DNA of 64,000 nt from an uncultured delta proteobacterium (GCA_963708295.1 CAVPSJ010000005.1:64001-128000), one strand, 5' to 3'. Positions 49,801 through 63,212 are shown, counted from the stretch's first letter. Notes: generated by a model not told the origin, from the sequence alone. Translations and numbers: made by a program.

Positions 49801-49816
49801 AGCAAGTCTTATGCCA
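49801..49816 (-). promoter_or_regulatory. Sigma54 (-24/-12) promoter
   Basis: Minus strand reads TGGCAT-AAGAC-TTGCT. Confidence 0.7.
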
Positions 49817-49901
49817 ACGGCTCGATACGGGGAAATTCGCTGAGACTAAGGAGAATCGATATTAAAAGGACTCAGGATAAAAGTCAGAGGAGCCCACAAC
49901 A

Positions 49902-50096
49902 GGTGAAGCCCATCGACAGATCTCGCGGCTCTGAGCCCTTCGATAGACTCAAGGCCTTGAACTTGTCGAAAGGCTTGTCGAAGACCTTCCCGGGCACATA
50001 GTGGCAAGCAGGATGCGAGCAAAGGAAATTTCGTTCCTAGGATGCCCCCCGTGGTCGGGTCTTATCGACTTGCCTCGCGGGGCACGTTCCGGTCAC
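49902..50096 (+). repeat. Nested REP-like elements
   Basis: CCTTCGATAGACTCAAGG...CTTGTCGAA hairpins lie inside a GGTGAAGC...CTTCCCGGGC...GGCACGTTCCGGTCA element. Confidence 0.6.
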
Positions 50097-50202
50097 GTTT
50101 CTTTAGAATTCGAAGGGATATTCCTGATGCGCCTTGGCTGCAGCAGATTTCCATTGACCCTTGATGATTGCTAACAGATCCTTGAACGGCTGATCCGTCA
50201 TG

Positions 50203-51468
<1,266 letters not shown>

Positions 51469-51967
51469 CGTACCCCTCCTCATGACTCTTTCAGAAAAAA
51501 TCCTATCATTACCTCTTTTTTTTCTACCTCGTCTCCCCTCCTTTTACAAGGGGAATTTTGTGGCCTCATGAAATCGGCCCGATTCAATCATTCTCGACGG
51601 AGTTTCATATGAGGGGTGTCCCTCAAGGAGGAAATTCTTGTCGAACAGATCGCCAAGATTGTCGAAACCGATTGCGATCCAGGATCAGCTTCCCGTCGTG
51701 AGAGTGAAATGCATGCAACTCATTGATTTCCCGCCTTCGAATACGAGTCGACCTTCAATGTTGGGTTTTGAAATTTGGAATGGAGACCAACCTTCCTTAA
51801 ATCCACTCGACAAGTCTTTCCTACATGAAGTCTGATCTCCGGATGTTGATTTCTATCAGCGGCGATCTCTCTTCAGTGTGCCGATGAGAACGAACCTGTT
51901 GAAAACTTTGACGAAATCCATACTCTGAGACGGATTGCAAGATGTCATCTCGTTTTTGTAAATCAAT

Positions 51968-51983
51968 TGGCACGGTCATTGCT
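51968..51983 (+). promoter_or_regulatory. Sigma54 (-24/-12) promoter
   Basis: TGGCAC-GGTCA-TTGCT, about 50 nt before the ZraP-like gene; an NtrC-family regulator is in the same locus. Confidence 0.85.
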
Positions 51984-52032
51984 CTATGAACAAAGCAATG
52001 ATTAAATCATAATTGTGAAAGGAGCGAAAAAG

Positions 52033-52552
52033 ATGAAGAAAGAAAGTCGTTGTATTAGGATTGGTGGCAGTCATGGTTTTAGGTGTGGCCTATGCTTTTG
52101 CTCAAGGGCCAGGACCAGGGCAGGGGCCCGGTCCAGGACATAGACCGGGTTGGGGGCACGAGAAATGGTCTTCCTTGACCCCCGAACAACAGACCAAACT
52201 CCAAGAATTGCGTCAGAAGTTTAATGATGAGACGGCCCAGTTGAGGGGAACCATGCTCACCAAAAGGCTTGAGCTCCAATCTCTCTGGAGGAATCCCAAG
52301 GCTGATTCCAAGGCCATTCTGGAAAAGGAAAAAGAATTCAGAAGCCTTCAGAATCAGATGAAAGATAAGGCTGTCCAGCTCCAGCTGGAGGTCCGTACGA
52401 TCCTGACTCCCGAGCAGTTGTCCCAATTCGGACCGGGGTTGGGGATGGGTCGTGGTTTCGGCGGCGGCCACATGATGGGCGGCGGACATGGAATGGGCCG
52501 GGGTGGAATGGGTCCTGGTCGTGGGATGGGCCCCGGTGAAGGATGCTATTGA
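52033..52552 (+). CDS. ZraP/Spy/CpxP-family periplasmic protein (one extra base after the start codon)
   Basis: AGGAG then ATG at 52033, which is out of frame by 1 with KKVVVLGLVAVM...AFA; two LTPEQ motifs; Gly/Met/His-rich tail. Confidence 0.85.
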
Positions 52553-52577
52553 TTGCCGGTTCTGAAAGCAAGTCCCG

Positions 52578-52606
52578 AAAGGGGAAGGCGAAGCCTTCCC
52601 CTTTTT
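52578..52606 (+). terminator. Intrinsic terminator
   Basis: AAAGGGGAAGGC-GAA-GCCTTCCCCTTT-TT. Confidence 0.85.
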
Positions 52607-52699
52607 AATTTTGACATTTCAAAATCATTTCGATATGGTTTAGAGTAGATTGGAAAAACGGTGCTTCCGGGTGGTTGGGGTTGACTGCGGGTGAAAACG

Positions 52700-53182
52700 A
52701 TGAAATCAAAAATACCCGTGCTTATTTTCTTTTTTCTGTTGATCTTCGCAGCGTCTCTCTCTTTTTCCCAGCCCCCTGGGATGGGAATGAGAAAGGGAAG
52801 AGGAGAAAATCCTTGCTGGAGAGCAGCCGAACTTGATCTCTCACGGGAGCAGAGGAAAAACCTTGAAGGGATCCAACAGGCCTACTTCCGAGAATCCCAA
52901 CTTCTCCGGGCACAGCTTTTCACAAGGCGTTTGGAACTCCGCGAACTTTTTGTCAGCCCAACCGTCAAAATAGAATCGATCCGTTCCAAGAATTCGGAAA
53001 TCATCGAACTCGAATCGAAACAGGAGGAGAAGTCGATTGAATACCTGATCAAGGTAAGAAACCTTCTCACTCCCGAACAGCTGCAGAAATGGTGTCCTGA
53101 ACAAGAATTCCCCTCTTTTCGCCACATGATGTATGGAACCGGCCCCATGCATCCTAGAAAAACCTTCCCTCCTCCCGAGTAA
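52700..53182 (+). CDS. Second ZraP/Spy/CpxP-family periplasmic protein
   Basis: Signal peptide; LDLSREQ and LTPEQ motifs. Confidence 0.82.
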   Translation: MKSKIPVLIFFFLLIFAASLSFSQPPGMGMRKGRGENPCWRAAELDLSREQRKNLEGIQQAYFRESQLLRAQLFTRRLELRELFVSPTVKIESIRSKNSEIIELESKQEEKSIEYLIKVRNLLTPEQLQKWCPEQEFPSFRHMMYGTGPMHPRKTFPPPE

Positions 53183-53210
53183 CCCGGAGGGAAATCGGGA
53201 CGCGGCTATT

Positions 53211-54983
53211 TTGGACAAGGACAAGAGCAAGATAAAAAGAAGTTTTTCCCTCATCTATTTAGGAATCTTTTCCGGAATCCTCCTCGTCATTCTTATCATC
53301 AACGGACTCTTGGAAATCAATCGAACCCGGAACGGATTCTACCTCCTGTTGGAAAGGGAGGCAACCGTTCTCATTCAGCATTTCGAGAGAAATATCCAGG
53401 AAGTCCTCACCTCTCTGGAATGGATGGAAAGTGAGCCCGGGAAGGATCCCGTCAGCTCTCCCGTGTCGGGGCTCTCTTACGGCCTGGAAGATTCCGTTGC
53501 CGAATACCTTCTGGAAGTCCTCCACCGGGTGGATCAAATCGACAGAGAAAAACCTCTGAACCCCTCTGATCTCCGATATCTCATCGACCAGTACCGCATC
53601 ACTTCAATCGAAATCTACGACTCCAAAGGAAACTCCCTCCGCGGGTGGCCTTCCGGGTTTTCTCCCCCTGGAAAAAAACCGCTTCTTCAGGAACTGATTG
53701 GGAAGAAACAACCCGTGGCCATCGATCTCCTGGGCCGCTCCCTTTCCGAAGACCAATGGTTCTCGATGGCTGTCTGGAGGAGAACGACCCCGGAGATCAT
53801 CGCCCTGTACCTCAACGGAGACCAACTGAAAAGACTTCTCCGGCAATTCGCCGTCCAGAGGGCGATCTCCGATATCGGCCTGAGAGAGGGCATCCTCTAT
53901 ATCTCCGTCCAGGACACCTCTCTTCACGTGATTGCGAATACCGACTCCGCCCTGATTGGGAGAAGAGAGGAGGACCCTTTTCTAAAGAGCTCCCTTCAGG
54001 GGAAACGCGTCCTTTTCCGCCACTATCGGCCCTCGAAAGAGAAGGAGGTCTTCGAAGTGGTCAAGCCTTTCTCTCTCAAGGACAAAACCATGGGGCTCAT
54101 CCGAATTGGATACACGCCGGAGGAAATCCAGCCCGTCCTGAGCCAGATCAAGAAGAATGTTTTTCTCTCGGTCTTTTTCTTCCTTATTTTGGGGATTTCG
54201 GCGATCACTCTGATCTGGGTGAATCAGAATCGGCACTTCAAGAAAATGAAGGAGATGGAGGATCGGATCCAGCTGGCCGAAAGAATTTCATCCCTCGGCC
54301 ACCTCGCGGCAGGCGTTGCCCATGAGATTCGGAATCCACTCAATGCCATCGGGATGGGCCTCCAGAGGCTCAAAAGAGAGTTTCTCCCTCCCGATGAATC
54401 GAAAAGAGAAGAGTATATCTCTTTTGCGGAGTTGATCCTCAAAGAAATCAGGAGGGTCAACAACATCATCGAACAGTTTCTGACGCTCTCCAGACCCTTT
54501 CAACTGAACTTGAAGGAATCTTCCCTCCAGGACGTGTTACGCCATCTGGTCGCTCTCTTTCAGGAAGAGGCCTCTTCTCTGGGGATCCGCCTTCAGTCAG
54601 AGATCCCTTCGGACCTGCCCCTCCTCGCCATCGATCCGGAAAAGTTGACACAAGCCTTGATCAATATTATGAGAAATGGAATGCAGGCCATGGAGGAGGG
54701 AGGGCTTCTTCGTATCGAAGCGAAATCCCTGAAAGTGGGCGTGGAAGTCACGATCTCAGACTTGGGTTCTGGAATTCCTCCGGAACAGATGGAAAAGATC
54801 TTTAACTATTACTATACGACCAAAGAGAAAGGAGTGGGGTTGGGGCTCCCCATTGCCCATCGAATCATCGAAGCTCATGGGGGCCAATTGAAAATCGAAA
54901 GCCGGGTGGGGGTGGGGACGAAGGTCACCGTAACGCTGCCTGTTGAAAGAAAGAATGAAGCGGGCAGTAGCAAAAAACAGTAG
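53211..54983 (+). CDS. Membrane sensor histidine kinase (ZraS/HydH-like)
   Basis: Two TM helices flanking a periplasmic domain; AAGVAHEIRNPL, N-box, DLGSGI and TTKEKGVGLGL. Exact start uncertain. Confidence 0.9.
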   Translation: MDKDKSKIKRSFSLIYLGIFSGILLVILIINGLLEINRTRNGFYLLLEREATVLIQHFERNIQEVLTSLEWMESEPGKDPVSSPVSGLSYGLEDSVAEYLLEVLHRVDQIDREKPLNPSDLRYLIDQYRITSIEIYDSKGNSLRGWPSGFSPPGKKPLLQELIGKKQPVAIDLLGRSLSEDQWFSMAVWRRTTPEIIALYLNGDQLKRLLRQFAVQRAISDIGLREGILYISVQDTSLHVIANTDSALIGRREEDPFLKSSLQGKRVLFRHYRPSKEKEVFEVVKPFSLKDKTMGLIRIGYTPEEIQPVLSQIKKNVFLSVFFFLILGISAITLIWVNQNRHFKKMKEMEDRIQLAERISSLGHLAAGVAHEIRNPLNAIGMGLQRLKREFLPPDESKREEYISFAELILKEIRRVNNIIEQFLTLSRPFQLNLKESSLQDVLRHLVALFQEEASSLGIRLQSEIPSDLPLLAIDPEKLTQALINIMRNGMQAMEEGGLLRIEAKSLKVGVEVTISDLGSGIPPEQMEKIFNYYYTTKEKGVGLGLPIAHRIIEAHGGQLKIESRVGVGTKVTVTLPVERKNEAGSSKKQ

Positions 54984-55025
54984 GCAGTAGGCAGTAAGCA
55001 GTGGGCAATACAATACACAGTAAAT
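54963..55025 (+). repeat. Heptamer tandem repeat
   Basis: ACAGTAG GCAGTAG GCAGTAA GCAGTGG GCAATAC, overlapping the kinase stop. Confidence 0.75.
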
Positions 55026-55112
55026 CGTTATGCGCGTAAATAGCGCAAACATTATGGGCTGTGCATTTTTCGCTATGCCTATTTTGAATCACGGACACGG
55101 GGCACGTTTTTG

Positions 55113-56498
55113 ATGATGGAAAAAGCGAAGATACTGATTGCCGAGGATGAAAAAACCCAGAGGGAGCTCCTGGAAGGATTCTTGAAAAAAGAAGGCTTCT
55201 TGGTTGAGGCCGTAGCCAACGGCAGGGAAGTTCTCAGGGAGCTCCAAGGAAATTTTTTCGATCTGGCCTTGATCGACTACAAGATGCCCGAACTCGACGG
55301 CATTCAAACCCTGCGGGAAATTCGAAAACTCTATCCAGACCTCCCTGTCGTGATGATGACGGCCTACGGAACCGTAGAAACAGCCGTGGCCTCGATGAAA
55401 GAAGGGGCCCTGGACTATCTGACCAAACCGATCGATCTGGATGAACTCCTTCTCATGCTTCAAAAGGTGATCGAAAGATCCACCCTCATCAGAGAGAATA
55501 TAGAATTAAAAGCCCAGCTTCAGGAGCGTTATCGATTTGCCCAGATCGTGTACGGAAGTCCGAAGATGGAAGAAGTCATGGGGCTGGTGGCTCGGGTGGC
55601 ACCCAGCCAAACCACTGTCCTCATCCGGGGGGAGAGCGGGACGGGGAAAGAATTAATCGCCAATGCCATCCATTATGCAAGCCCTCGATCCGAAAACCCC
55701 TGGGTGAAGGTCAGCTGCGCAGCGATTCCCGAAACCCTCCTGGAGAGCGAACTCTTCGGCCATGAGAGAGGAGCTTTCACAGGGGCGACCCACCGAAGAA
55801 TAGGCCGATTTGAAGAAGCCAACGGCGGATCCATCTTTCTCGACGAGATTGGAGACCTCTCCCCCAGCACTCAGGTGAAACTTTTGAGAATTCTGCAGGA
55901 CAGGGAATTCCAGCGTCTGGGATCCAACCAAAGCCTCAAGACCGACGTCAGGGTGATCACCGCCACCCATCGGAATTTGGAAGAGGCGATTCCAAAGGGA
56001 CTTTTTAGAGAGGACCTGTACTATCGGCTAAACGTCATCTCGATCACCCTTCCCTCTTTGCGGGAGAGGAGAGAAGACATTCCTCTTTTGACCGACCATT
56101 TCTTAAAAAAATATTCCGAGAAAAACCAGAAATCGATCTCCAATATTTCTAAAGAAGCAACGGCCCTCCTTCTCCGGTACGATTATCCCGGAAATGTCAG
56201 AGAACTGGAGAATCTCATCGAACGGGCGGTGGTGCTCTGCCGTGGCGAAATCATCACGACCCAGGATCTTCCTTTTCACCTCAAGGAGGAGAAATCCGAG
56301 AGGCTCTGGGAACCTTCCAAGAAAGAAAAGAGTCTCCCTGAGTCTTTGGAGGAAATTGAGAAAAGCTCCATCCTCAACGCCCTCCATCAACATCAGGGAG
56401 TTCAGACAAGGGCTGCCGAGAGCCTCGGCATCAGCGAGAGGGTGCTTCGATACAAAATGAAAAAGTATGGAATTCGTTTTGAAGAAACAAAAGAATAG
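55113..56498 (+). CDS. Sigma54-dependent response regulator (NtrC/ZraR family)
   Basis: Receiver domain (AEDE, DYKMP), [29 protein letters not shown] and a C-terminal HTH. Confidence 0.96.
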   Translation: MMEKAKILIAEDEKTQRELLEGFLKKEGFLVEAVANGREVLRELQGNFFDLALIDYKMPELDGIQTLREIRKLYPDLPVVMMTAYGTVETAVASMKEGALDYLTKPIDLDELLLMLQKVIERSTLIRENIELKAQLQERYRFAQIVYGSPKMEEVMGLVARVAPSQTTVLIRGESGTGKELIANAIHYASPRSENPWVKVSCAAIPETLLESELFGHERGAFTGATHRRIGRFEEANGGSIFLDEIGDLSPSTQVKLLRILQDREFQRLGSNQSLKTDVRVITATHRNLEEAIPKGLFREDLYYRLNVISITLPSLRERREDIPLLTDHFLKKYSEKNQKSISNISKEATALLLRYDYPGNVRELENLIERAVVLCRGEIITTQDLPFHLKEEKSERLWEPSKKEKSLPESLEEIEKSSILNALHQHQGVQTRAAESLGISERVLRYKMKKYGIRFEETKE

Positions 56499-56855
56499 GA
56501 TATGATAGGAAACGATGACTTCGATCTTTTTCCCAACGAGGCCGCATACCGGACAAAAAACATCGATGGAAGACCGAGGTCAAACAAAACAAGAGAGCGA
56601 GCAGGAGAAGTACTTCACCCACCCCCACCCTGTCCCTCCCCCTGAAAGGGAGGGAAATCATTATCCTCCTCCCCGTGAAGGGAAGGGAAATCATCAGCTC
56701 CTCACCCTTCAAGAGGGAAGGAAGAAGGGGAAGGATAAGCTATTTGTTACGTCCACGCCTCTGGATTCTTGGAATTGAGACGGGAAGATTTGGCCTTCGG
56801 ATTTCGTTGCTGTTTGAACTTTGAGGTTTGAAATTTGGGTTCCGAGGAGTTCCGT

Positions 56856-57539
56856 ATGACCTATTACCGCTACCGTTTTTCGTATGGTCAGGGTTTGACA
56901 CCTGCCATCAAGAATCTGATGATCGCGATGGGAGCAGTCTTTCTGGTCCAGCAACTGCTCCGCATGACCAGCATCGACCTGTACGTCTATTATTTCCTCA
57001 ACACCTTCGCACTCGACCCTGAAAAGGTTTGGAACGAATATTATATCTGGCAACTGTTCACCTATATTTTTCTGCATGGAGACTTCTTCCACATTCTTTT
57101 CAACCTTTTTTCACTCTGGATGTTCGGGGGGGAATTGGAAAGCTATTGGGGATCGAGAAGGTTTCTTTTCTACTTCTTCTTCTGCGGCATCGGCGCGGGA
57201 ATTTTCACCGTTTTACTTTCTCCTTATCCTGTCATCGGAGCCTCCGGGGCAATTTATGGCATCCTTCTCGCATTTGGCTGGCTCTTCCCCGATCGCCCCA
57301 TTTACATCTATTTCCTCTTCCCCCTCCCTGCGAAATATATGGTGATTATTTTCGGCCTCATTGAATTCTTTTCATCCGGTTCGGCAGCGGGCGGCGTCGC
57401 TCACCTGACCCATCTGGGAGGTCTCGTTTTCGGGTTCTTTTTTATGGCCTACCCGACGATCCGGCAAAAACTTCGCCGTGAATATTACAAGCGGAAGTGG
57501 CCCCCGAAGGGCCCCGGCGGCAAAAACTATTATCATTAA
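56856..57539 (+). CDS. Rhomboid-family intramembrane serine protease
   Basis: Motifs WQLFTYIFLH, HILFN, GASG and AHLTHLGG. Confidence 0.93.
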   Translation: MTYYRYRFSYGQGLTPAIKNLMIAMGAVFLVQQLLRMTSIDLYVYYFLNTFALDPEKVWNEYYIWQLFTYIFLHGDFFHILFNLFSLWMFGGELESYWGSRRFLFYFFFCGIGAGIFTVLLSPYPVIGASGAIYGILLAFGWLFPDRPIYIYFLFPLPAKYMVIIFGLIEFFSSGSAAGGVAHLTHLGGLVFGFFFMAYPTIRQKLRREYYKRKWPPKGPGGKNYYH

Positions 57540-57638
57540 AAGCAACCTCTTCGACTCCCCGGTCTGAAACCCGGGGTATGTTCTGGGTTGATGCTGAGCG
57601 TTCCTTTTTACCCCCTCTCCCCATCCCTCTCCCCAGTG

Positions 57639-57866
57639 GAGGCTGTGTCGCAATATGGAAATACGGCTTTTCGCAAAAGGGGAGAGGCGGTCGGGTGGAA
57701 AAGATTTAGAGCGGCAACCTTTAACCGTTTGGATTCAGGGTCGCCAACCATATGAAGACATTCGATTTTGAGCCAATGATCCTTTCCCATACCTAAAAGA
57801 CCCGCATTCTAAAACTTTGGAACCCGACTACCTCTCCCCTCGGACGTTCCATTGCGACACAGTCTC
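57639..57866 (+). mobile_element. MITE-like element (228 bp) inserted in a REP hairpin, with GTG duplication
   Basis: TIRs GAGGCTGTGTCGCAAT and ATTGCGACACAGTCTC (15/16 match); GTG at 57636-57638 and 57867-57869. Confidence 0.82.
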
Positions 57867-57891
57867 GTGGGGAGAGGGGAAGGGTGAGGGG

Positions 57892-58647
57892 ATGGTCTTC
57901 ATCGGGACGAGCGGTTACAATTATCCCCATTGGTGGAACGGGACCTTCTATCCTTCTGATCTTCCGCAGAAAAGGTGGCTTGAGTTTTACGCCGAATACT
58001 TCAACACGGTAGAGCTCAATGTTTCCTTTTATCGCCTTCCCAGGAAAGAAGTTTTTCAAGGCTGGTATAAACGAACGCCGAAAGAATTTGTCTTTTCTCT
58101 GAAAGGAAGCCGGTTCATCACCCACCTCAAGCGACTAAAGGATTGCAGGGAACCGGTTTCTCTTTTCTTCGACCATGCATCGCCCTTAAAAGAGAAATTG
58201 GGTACGGTCCTCTGGCAGCTTCCCCCACGGTTCAAGTTTCAGAAGGAGAGACTGGAGGAATTCTGTGTCCTTCTGACCACCCTCCCCCGTTCCAAACACC
58301 ATCGCCATGCCTTCGAGTTCAGGGATGAATCCTGGTTCTGCCCCGAGGCCTTTCGGGTGCTGGATGACTTTCATTTTGCCTTTTGCCTGGCCCATGGGTC
58401 AGGCCTCCCTTCCATAAAAAGAGCAACCTCTGATTTCATTTATGTCCGCCTCCACGGCGGGGAGGTGCTCTACGGCTCCAATTATTCGGACAGGGAATTG
58501 AAACAGTGGGCAGGAAAAATCCAGGCGTGGAGAAAAAAGGATAAGACCGCGTTTGTCTATTTCAACAATGATGCCTATGGTTTTGCCGTCAAGAACGCCC
58601 TGGCCCTGAAAAAGTGGATGTCCCGGGATCGAATCATCCCGTATTGA
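57892..58647 (+). CDS. DUF72 (YecE-like) protein
   Basis: Motifs IGTSGY, NTVELNVSFY, LWQLPP, AFEFR, YVRLHG and YFNND. Confidence 0.92.
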   Translation: MVFIGTSGYNYPHWWNGTFYPSDLPQKRWLEFYAEYFNTVELNVSFYRLPRKEVFQGWYKRTPKEFVFSLKGSRFITHLKRLKDCREPVSLFFDHASPLKEKLGTVLWQLPPRFKFQKERLEEFCVLLTTLPRSKHHRHAFEFRDESWFCPEAFRVLDDFHFAFCLAHGSGLPSIKRATSDFIYVRLHGGEVLYGSNYSDRELKQWAGKIQAWRKKDKTAFVYFNNDAYGFAVKNALALKKWMSRDRIIPY

Positions 58648-58741
58648 AGCTCTCCGCCCTAAAAGGCGGACTTTCGGGGCACGTTCCGGCCACGCCTCCT
58701 CGGTTTTCCATGGCCGATTTGCAGCCCCTCTCCCCGGTCGC

Positions 58742-59473
58742 TCAGGCAGGATAGAGTTTCTCTGCTAATTGCCTTCCGGTGACGGTCCGAAACACCTTCC
58801 CGATCACTCCCCCGACTTTTTCCCGGTCTTTTGAAATCCCTTCTTCTTCCATATTGACCAGTCCATCCGCCTCATACAGAATCTGAAAGTTCAATGTCTC
58901 TTCTTCCCTTGGGCTGTGATGATGGCCGATGATATCGCAAATTTCGTCAATCATTTCTTTCTGGACATTCAGTCTTCCCAAAATCTCCCTGGCCACGGCA
59001 GGTCCCTCGAGTTCCTGGTAATGGCCTGAGGAGCTCCCGTGTTTTCTCTCCGCCTCATGGATCCCAATATCATGAAGATAGGCGGCCCCCATCACGACCA
59101 GAGGGTTTCCCCCCTCCATCTTTAAGATCTGTTCCGCAAACCGGGCAACTTTGATGGCGTGATGGACCCGTTTGAAATCCGTTCCGAAATATTTTTTCAT
59201 TTCGAGTGCAATTCTTTCTCTTAATGAATCCCTCTGTTCCGCTTTTTGTCTTTCCTTCGCCTCTTCGGGTACGGCACCCACACATTGTTCGGCATAAGGG
59301 CACCACTGGGCACAACCAAAATCCAATCGGGGATTGACGATTTCGTGCCCGCAGCGGCACTTACGCCTCACCTCGTCTCTGAAGAACTCCACCGTTCCCC
59401 CGCATTTGGGACATGGGGTATCAAAAATGTCCCCCGGTTTCCAAAACCTCATATCCTGCCCTGGACACTTCAT
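58742..59473 (-). CDS. HD-domain protein with an N-terminal Cys-rich zinc ribbon
   Basis: MKCPGQD, CPKCG..VEFF.D, C.CG, GCAQWC...C, followed by HHA, LHDIG, HH and EAD. Confidence 0.88.
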   Translation of the reverse strand: MKCPGQDMRFWKPGDIFDTPCPKCGGTVEFFRDEVRRKCRCGHEIVNPRLDFGCAQWCPYAEQCVGAVPEEAKERQKAEQRDSLRERIALEMKKYFGTDFKRVHHAIKVARFAEQILKMEGGNPLVVMGAAYLHDIGIHEAERKHGSSSGHYQELEGPAVAREILGRLNVQKEMIDEICDIIGHHHSPREEETLNFQILYEADGLVNMEEEGISKDREKVGGVIGKVFRTVTGRQLAEKLYPA

Positions 59474-59830
59474 GTTTTTTCTCCTCCTAACCCTATTATT
59501 CCACCCCATATTAGAGATTTCATTGACTTATGTCAAAACGCTAAGATTCTCCATGTCGGAAGAGGAAATCGTTTTTAAACTGAAAAGGATCACTTAACAT
59601 TATGATATTACTTATGAAAATAATGAGTTCCGGTTGCAAGGGTGGACTTTAAGACCCGAATTCTAAGAGTGATACCGAGATCCAGAAACAAGTTTGGGAT
59701 GGCAAAAGGAAGAGGATCGATCCATCATGAGTTTTTCTCTTGCAAATTGCCAAATCATATGTTAACTGAATTTAATTGGCCTATTTCTGTGTCCTAAAGG
59801 AGGAAAAATGCAAGAGAAGGGGAGGAATCG

Positions 59831-60628
59831 ATGTCTTCGGTAACGATGAAAGAGCTTCTGGAGGCCGGGGTTCATTTCGGCCACGAGACGAAACGGTGGG
59901 ATCCCAAAATGAAACCTTATATTTTTGGGGCGAGGAATGGAATTTATATCATTGACCTTCAGAAGACGGTCCAGCTCTTCAAGGAAGCTTATCAATTCGT
60001 CCGGGATATCGCGGCCAAAGGAGAATACATCCTTTTTGTCGGGACAAAAAAGCAGGCCCAGGAAACGATCTCCGACCAGGCCACGCGTTCCGGAATGTTT
60101 TATGTGAATCACCGCTGGCTGGGAGGGATGCTGACGAATTTCCAGACCATTAAACGATCCATTGACCGATTGAATAAGCTGGAAGCGATGAAGAATGAAG
60201 AAATTTACACCCTCCTCCCGAAAAAAGAGGTCCTGGAACTGGAAAAAGAGAGAAGTAAGCTGGAAAGATCCCTGGGAGGCATCAAGAATATGGATCGCCT
60301 CCCCGGAACCATCTTCATCGTCGATCCCAAGAAAGAAAAGATTGCCGTGAGGGAAGCCCGGAAAATTGGCATCCCCTCCATCGGCATCGTCGATACCAAT
60401 TGTAATCCCGAAGAACTGGATTACATCATCCCCGGAAATGACGATGCCATCCGCGCCATCCAACTTTTTGCGACGAAAATTGCGGATGCGGCCATTGAGG
60501 GAAAACAGCTTTACGAAAAAGAACTCCAGAGGGAGAGCGCCAAAGAAGAAAAAGAGAGAGCAGAAAAAATCGAGCCTCCCAAAGAAATACAGCTGGAAGA
60601 AGCGGCCGTAGAAACAGAGGAGGGATAG
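59831..60628 (+). CDS. rpsB: 30S ribosomal protein S2
   Basis: Motifs [24 protein letters not shown] and PGNDDA. Confidence 0.98.
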   Translation: MSSVTMKELLEAGVHFGHETKRWDPKMKPYIFGARNGIYIIDLQKTVQLFKEAYQFVRDIAAKGEYILFVGTKKQAQETISDQATRSGMFYVNHRWLGGMLTNFQTIKRSIDRLNKLEAMKNEEIYTLLPKKEVLELEKERSKLERSLGGIKNMDRLPGTIFIVDPKKEKIAVREARKIGIPSIGIVDTNCNPEELDYIIPGNDDAIRAIQLFATKIADAAIEGKQLYEKELQRESAKEEKERAEKIEPPKEIQLEEAAVETEEG

Positions 60629-60634
60629 AATCGG

Positions 60635-62112
<1,478 letters not shown>

Positions 62113-62115
62113 ACC

Positions 62116-62676
62116 ATGGATGAGAAGACCTATACCGAAGCCGTCTCCAGGATGGAAAAAACCCTTTCTTCCCTCAAGACCGATTTAAATAAGATCCGGA
62201 CGGGAAGAGCTTCCCTGGCCCTCTTCGACGATATCCGCCTGGATTACTACGGGACACCGACCCCGCTGAACCAGATGGCAACCTTGTCCGTCCCTGAACC
62301 CAGGCTGATCACCATCCAACCCTGGGATACCACCGTCATCGGTGGAATTGAAAAGGCCATTCTCAAGTCGGAGCTCGGGGTCACGCCGGTGAGCGACGGG
62401 AAAATCATCCGCATCAACATCCCGCGACTGACGGAAGAACGACGGAAGGAACTGGTCAAGGTGGTCAGAAAGATGGCCGAGGGAGCAAAAGTGGCGGTCC
62501 GAAACATCCGGAGAGAGGCAAATGACCAGTTGAAGGGGTTGGAGAAGAATAAGAAGATTTCTCAGGACGAGCTTCACCAATCGATGGATAGGGTGCAAAA
62601 ATCGACGGATCAGTTCATCGAAAAAGTCGACAGTGTTCTTGCCGCGAAGGAAAAAGAAATCTTGGAAATTTCTTGA
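62116..62676 (+). CDS. frr: Ribosome recycling factor
   Basis: Motifs [25 protein letters not shown] and VRNIRR. Confidence 0.97.
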   Translation: MDEKTYTEAVSRMEKTLSSLKTDLNKIRTGRASLALFDDIRLDYYGTPTPLNQMATLSVPEPRLITIQPWDTTVIGGIEKAILKSELGVTPVSDGKIIRINIPRLTEERRKELVKVVRKMAEGAKVAVRNIRREANDQLKGLEKNKKISQDELHQSMDRVQKSTDQFIEKVDSVLAAKEKEILEIS

Positions 62677-62684
62677 TACGCTAA

Positions 62685-62839
62685 ACCCCGTTAGAAAGTC
62701 TTCTACTTTTTAACGGGAAGGCTCACACGGGGCGTCAAACCCTGTGTCCGCCCCGCTTAGAGATAAATCTCTAATGGGGTTCGCTGAAAAAGGAGTGGTT
62801 TTGACCCCCGCTGCAAGCAGCGGGGCTTTCTAACAGGGT
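62685..62839. repeat. Nested palindromic element of the ACCCCGTTAGAAA family
   Basis: ACCCCGTTAGAAAG...CTTTCTAACAGGGT, with internal degenerate copies and a CCCCGCTGCAAGCAGCGGGG hairpin. Confidence 0.8.
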
Positions 62840-62855
62840 AAAGGGGGTGATGCCA

Positions 62856-63023
62856 GTGGCTTATGTCATTACGGAAGAATGTGTGGCTTGCGGGACCTGT
62901 GCAGAGGAATGTCCTGCGGAAGCCATTGAAGAAGGGGAGCCTTATGTGATCAACGACGAGAAATGTACCGAATGCGGAAGTTGCTTTGAGGCATGCCCTG
63001 TCGAAGCGATCGTTGAAAAATGA
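62856..63023 (+). CDS. 2x[4Fe-4S] ferredoxin, 55 aa
   Basis: GTG start; [55 protein letters not shown] has two CxxCxxCxxxCP motifs. Not on the ORF track. Confidence 0.95.
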   Translation: MAYVITEECVACGTCAEECPAEAIEEGEPYVINDEKCTECGSCFEACPVEAIVEK

Positions 63024-63212
63024 CACCGAAGGGGGAGAGGGCTCTCTCGGGGCCTCTTCCCTTCCTTCCTGAAATCTTCTCTTTCGACCCATCGTTCTCC
63101 CCGAATCTTGGATTGAAAATGAATATCTAATATGCTAACTTTAAAAAAGTTATTGACCCAGGAATACTTCTTCAAGAAAATTCTTGTTTCGGCCCGGAAG
63201 GGCTTGTAAACC

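Noticed and set aside
51600-51930. Possible small gene or remnant between the dehydrogenase and the ZraP-like gene
   Set aside because: No convincing ORF or motif on either strand. It may simply hold enhancer sites for the sigma54 promoter.
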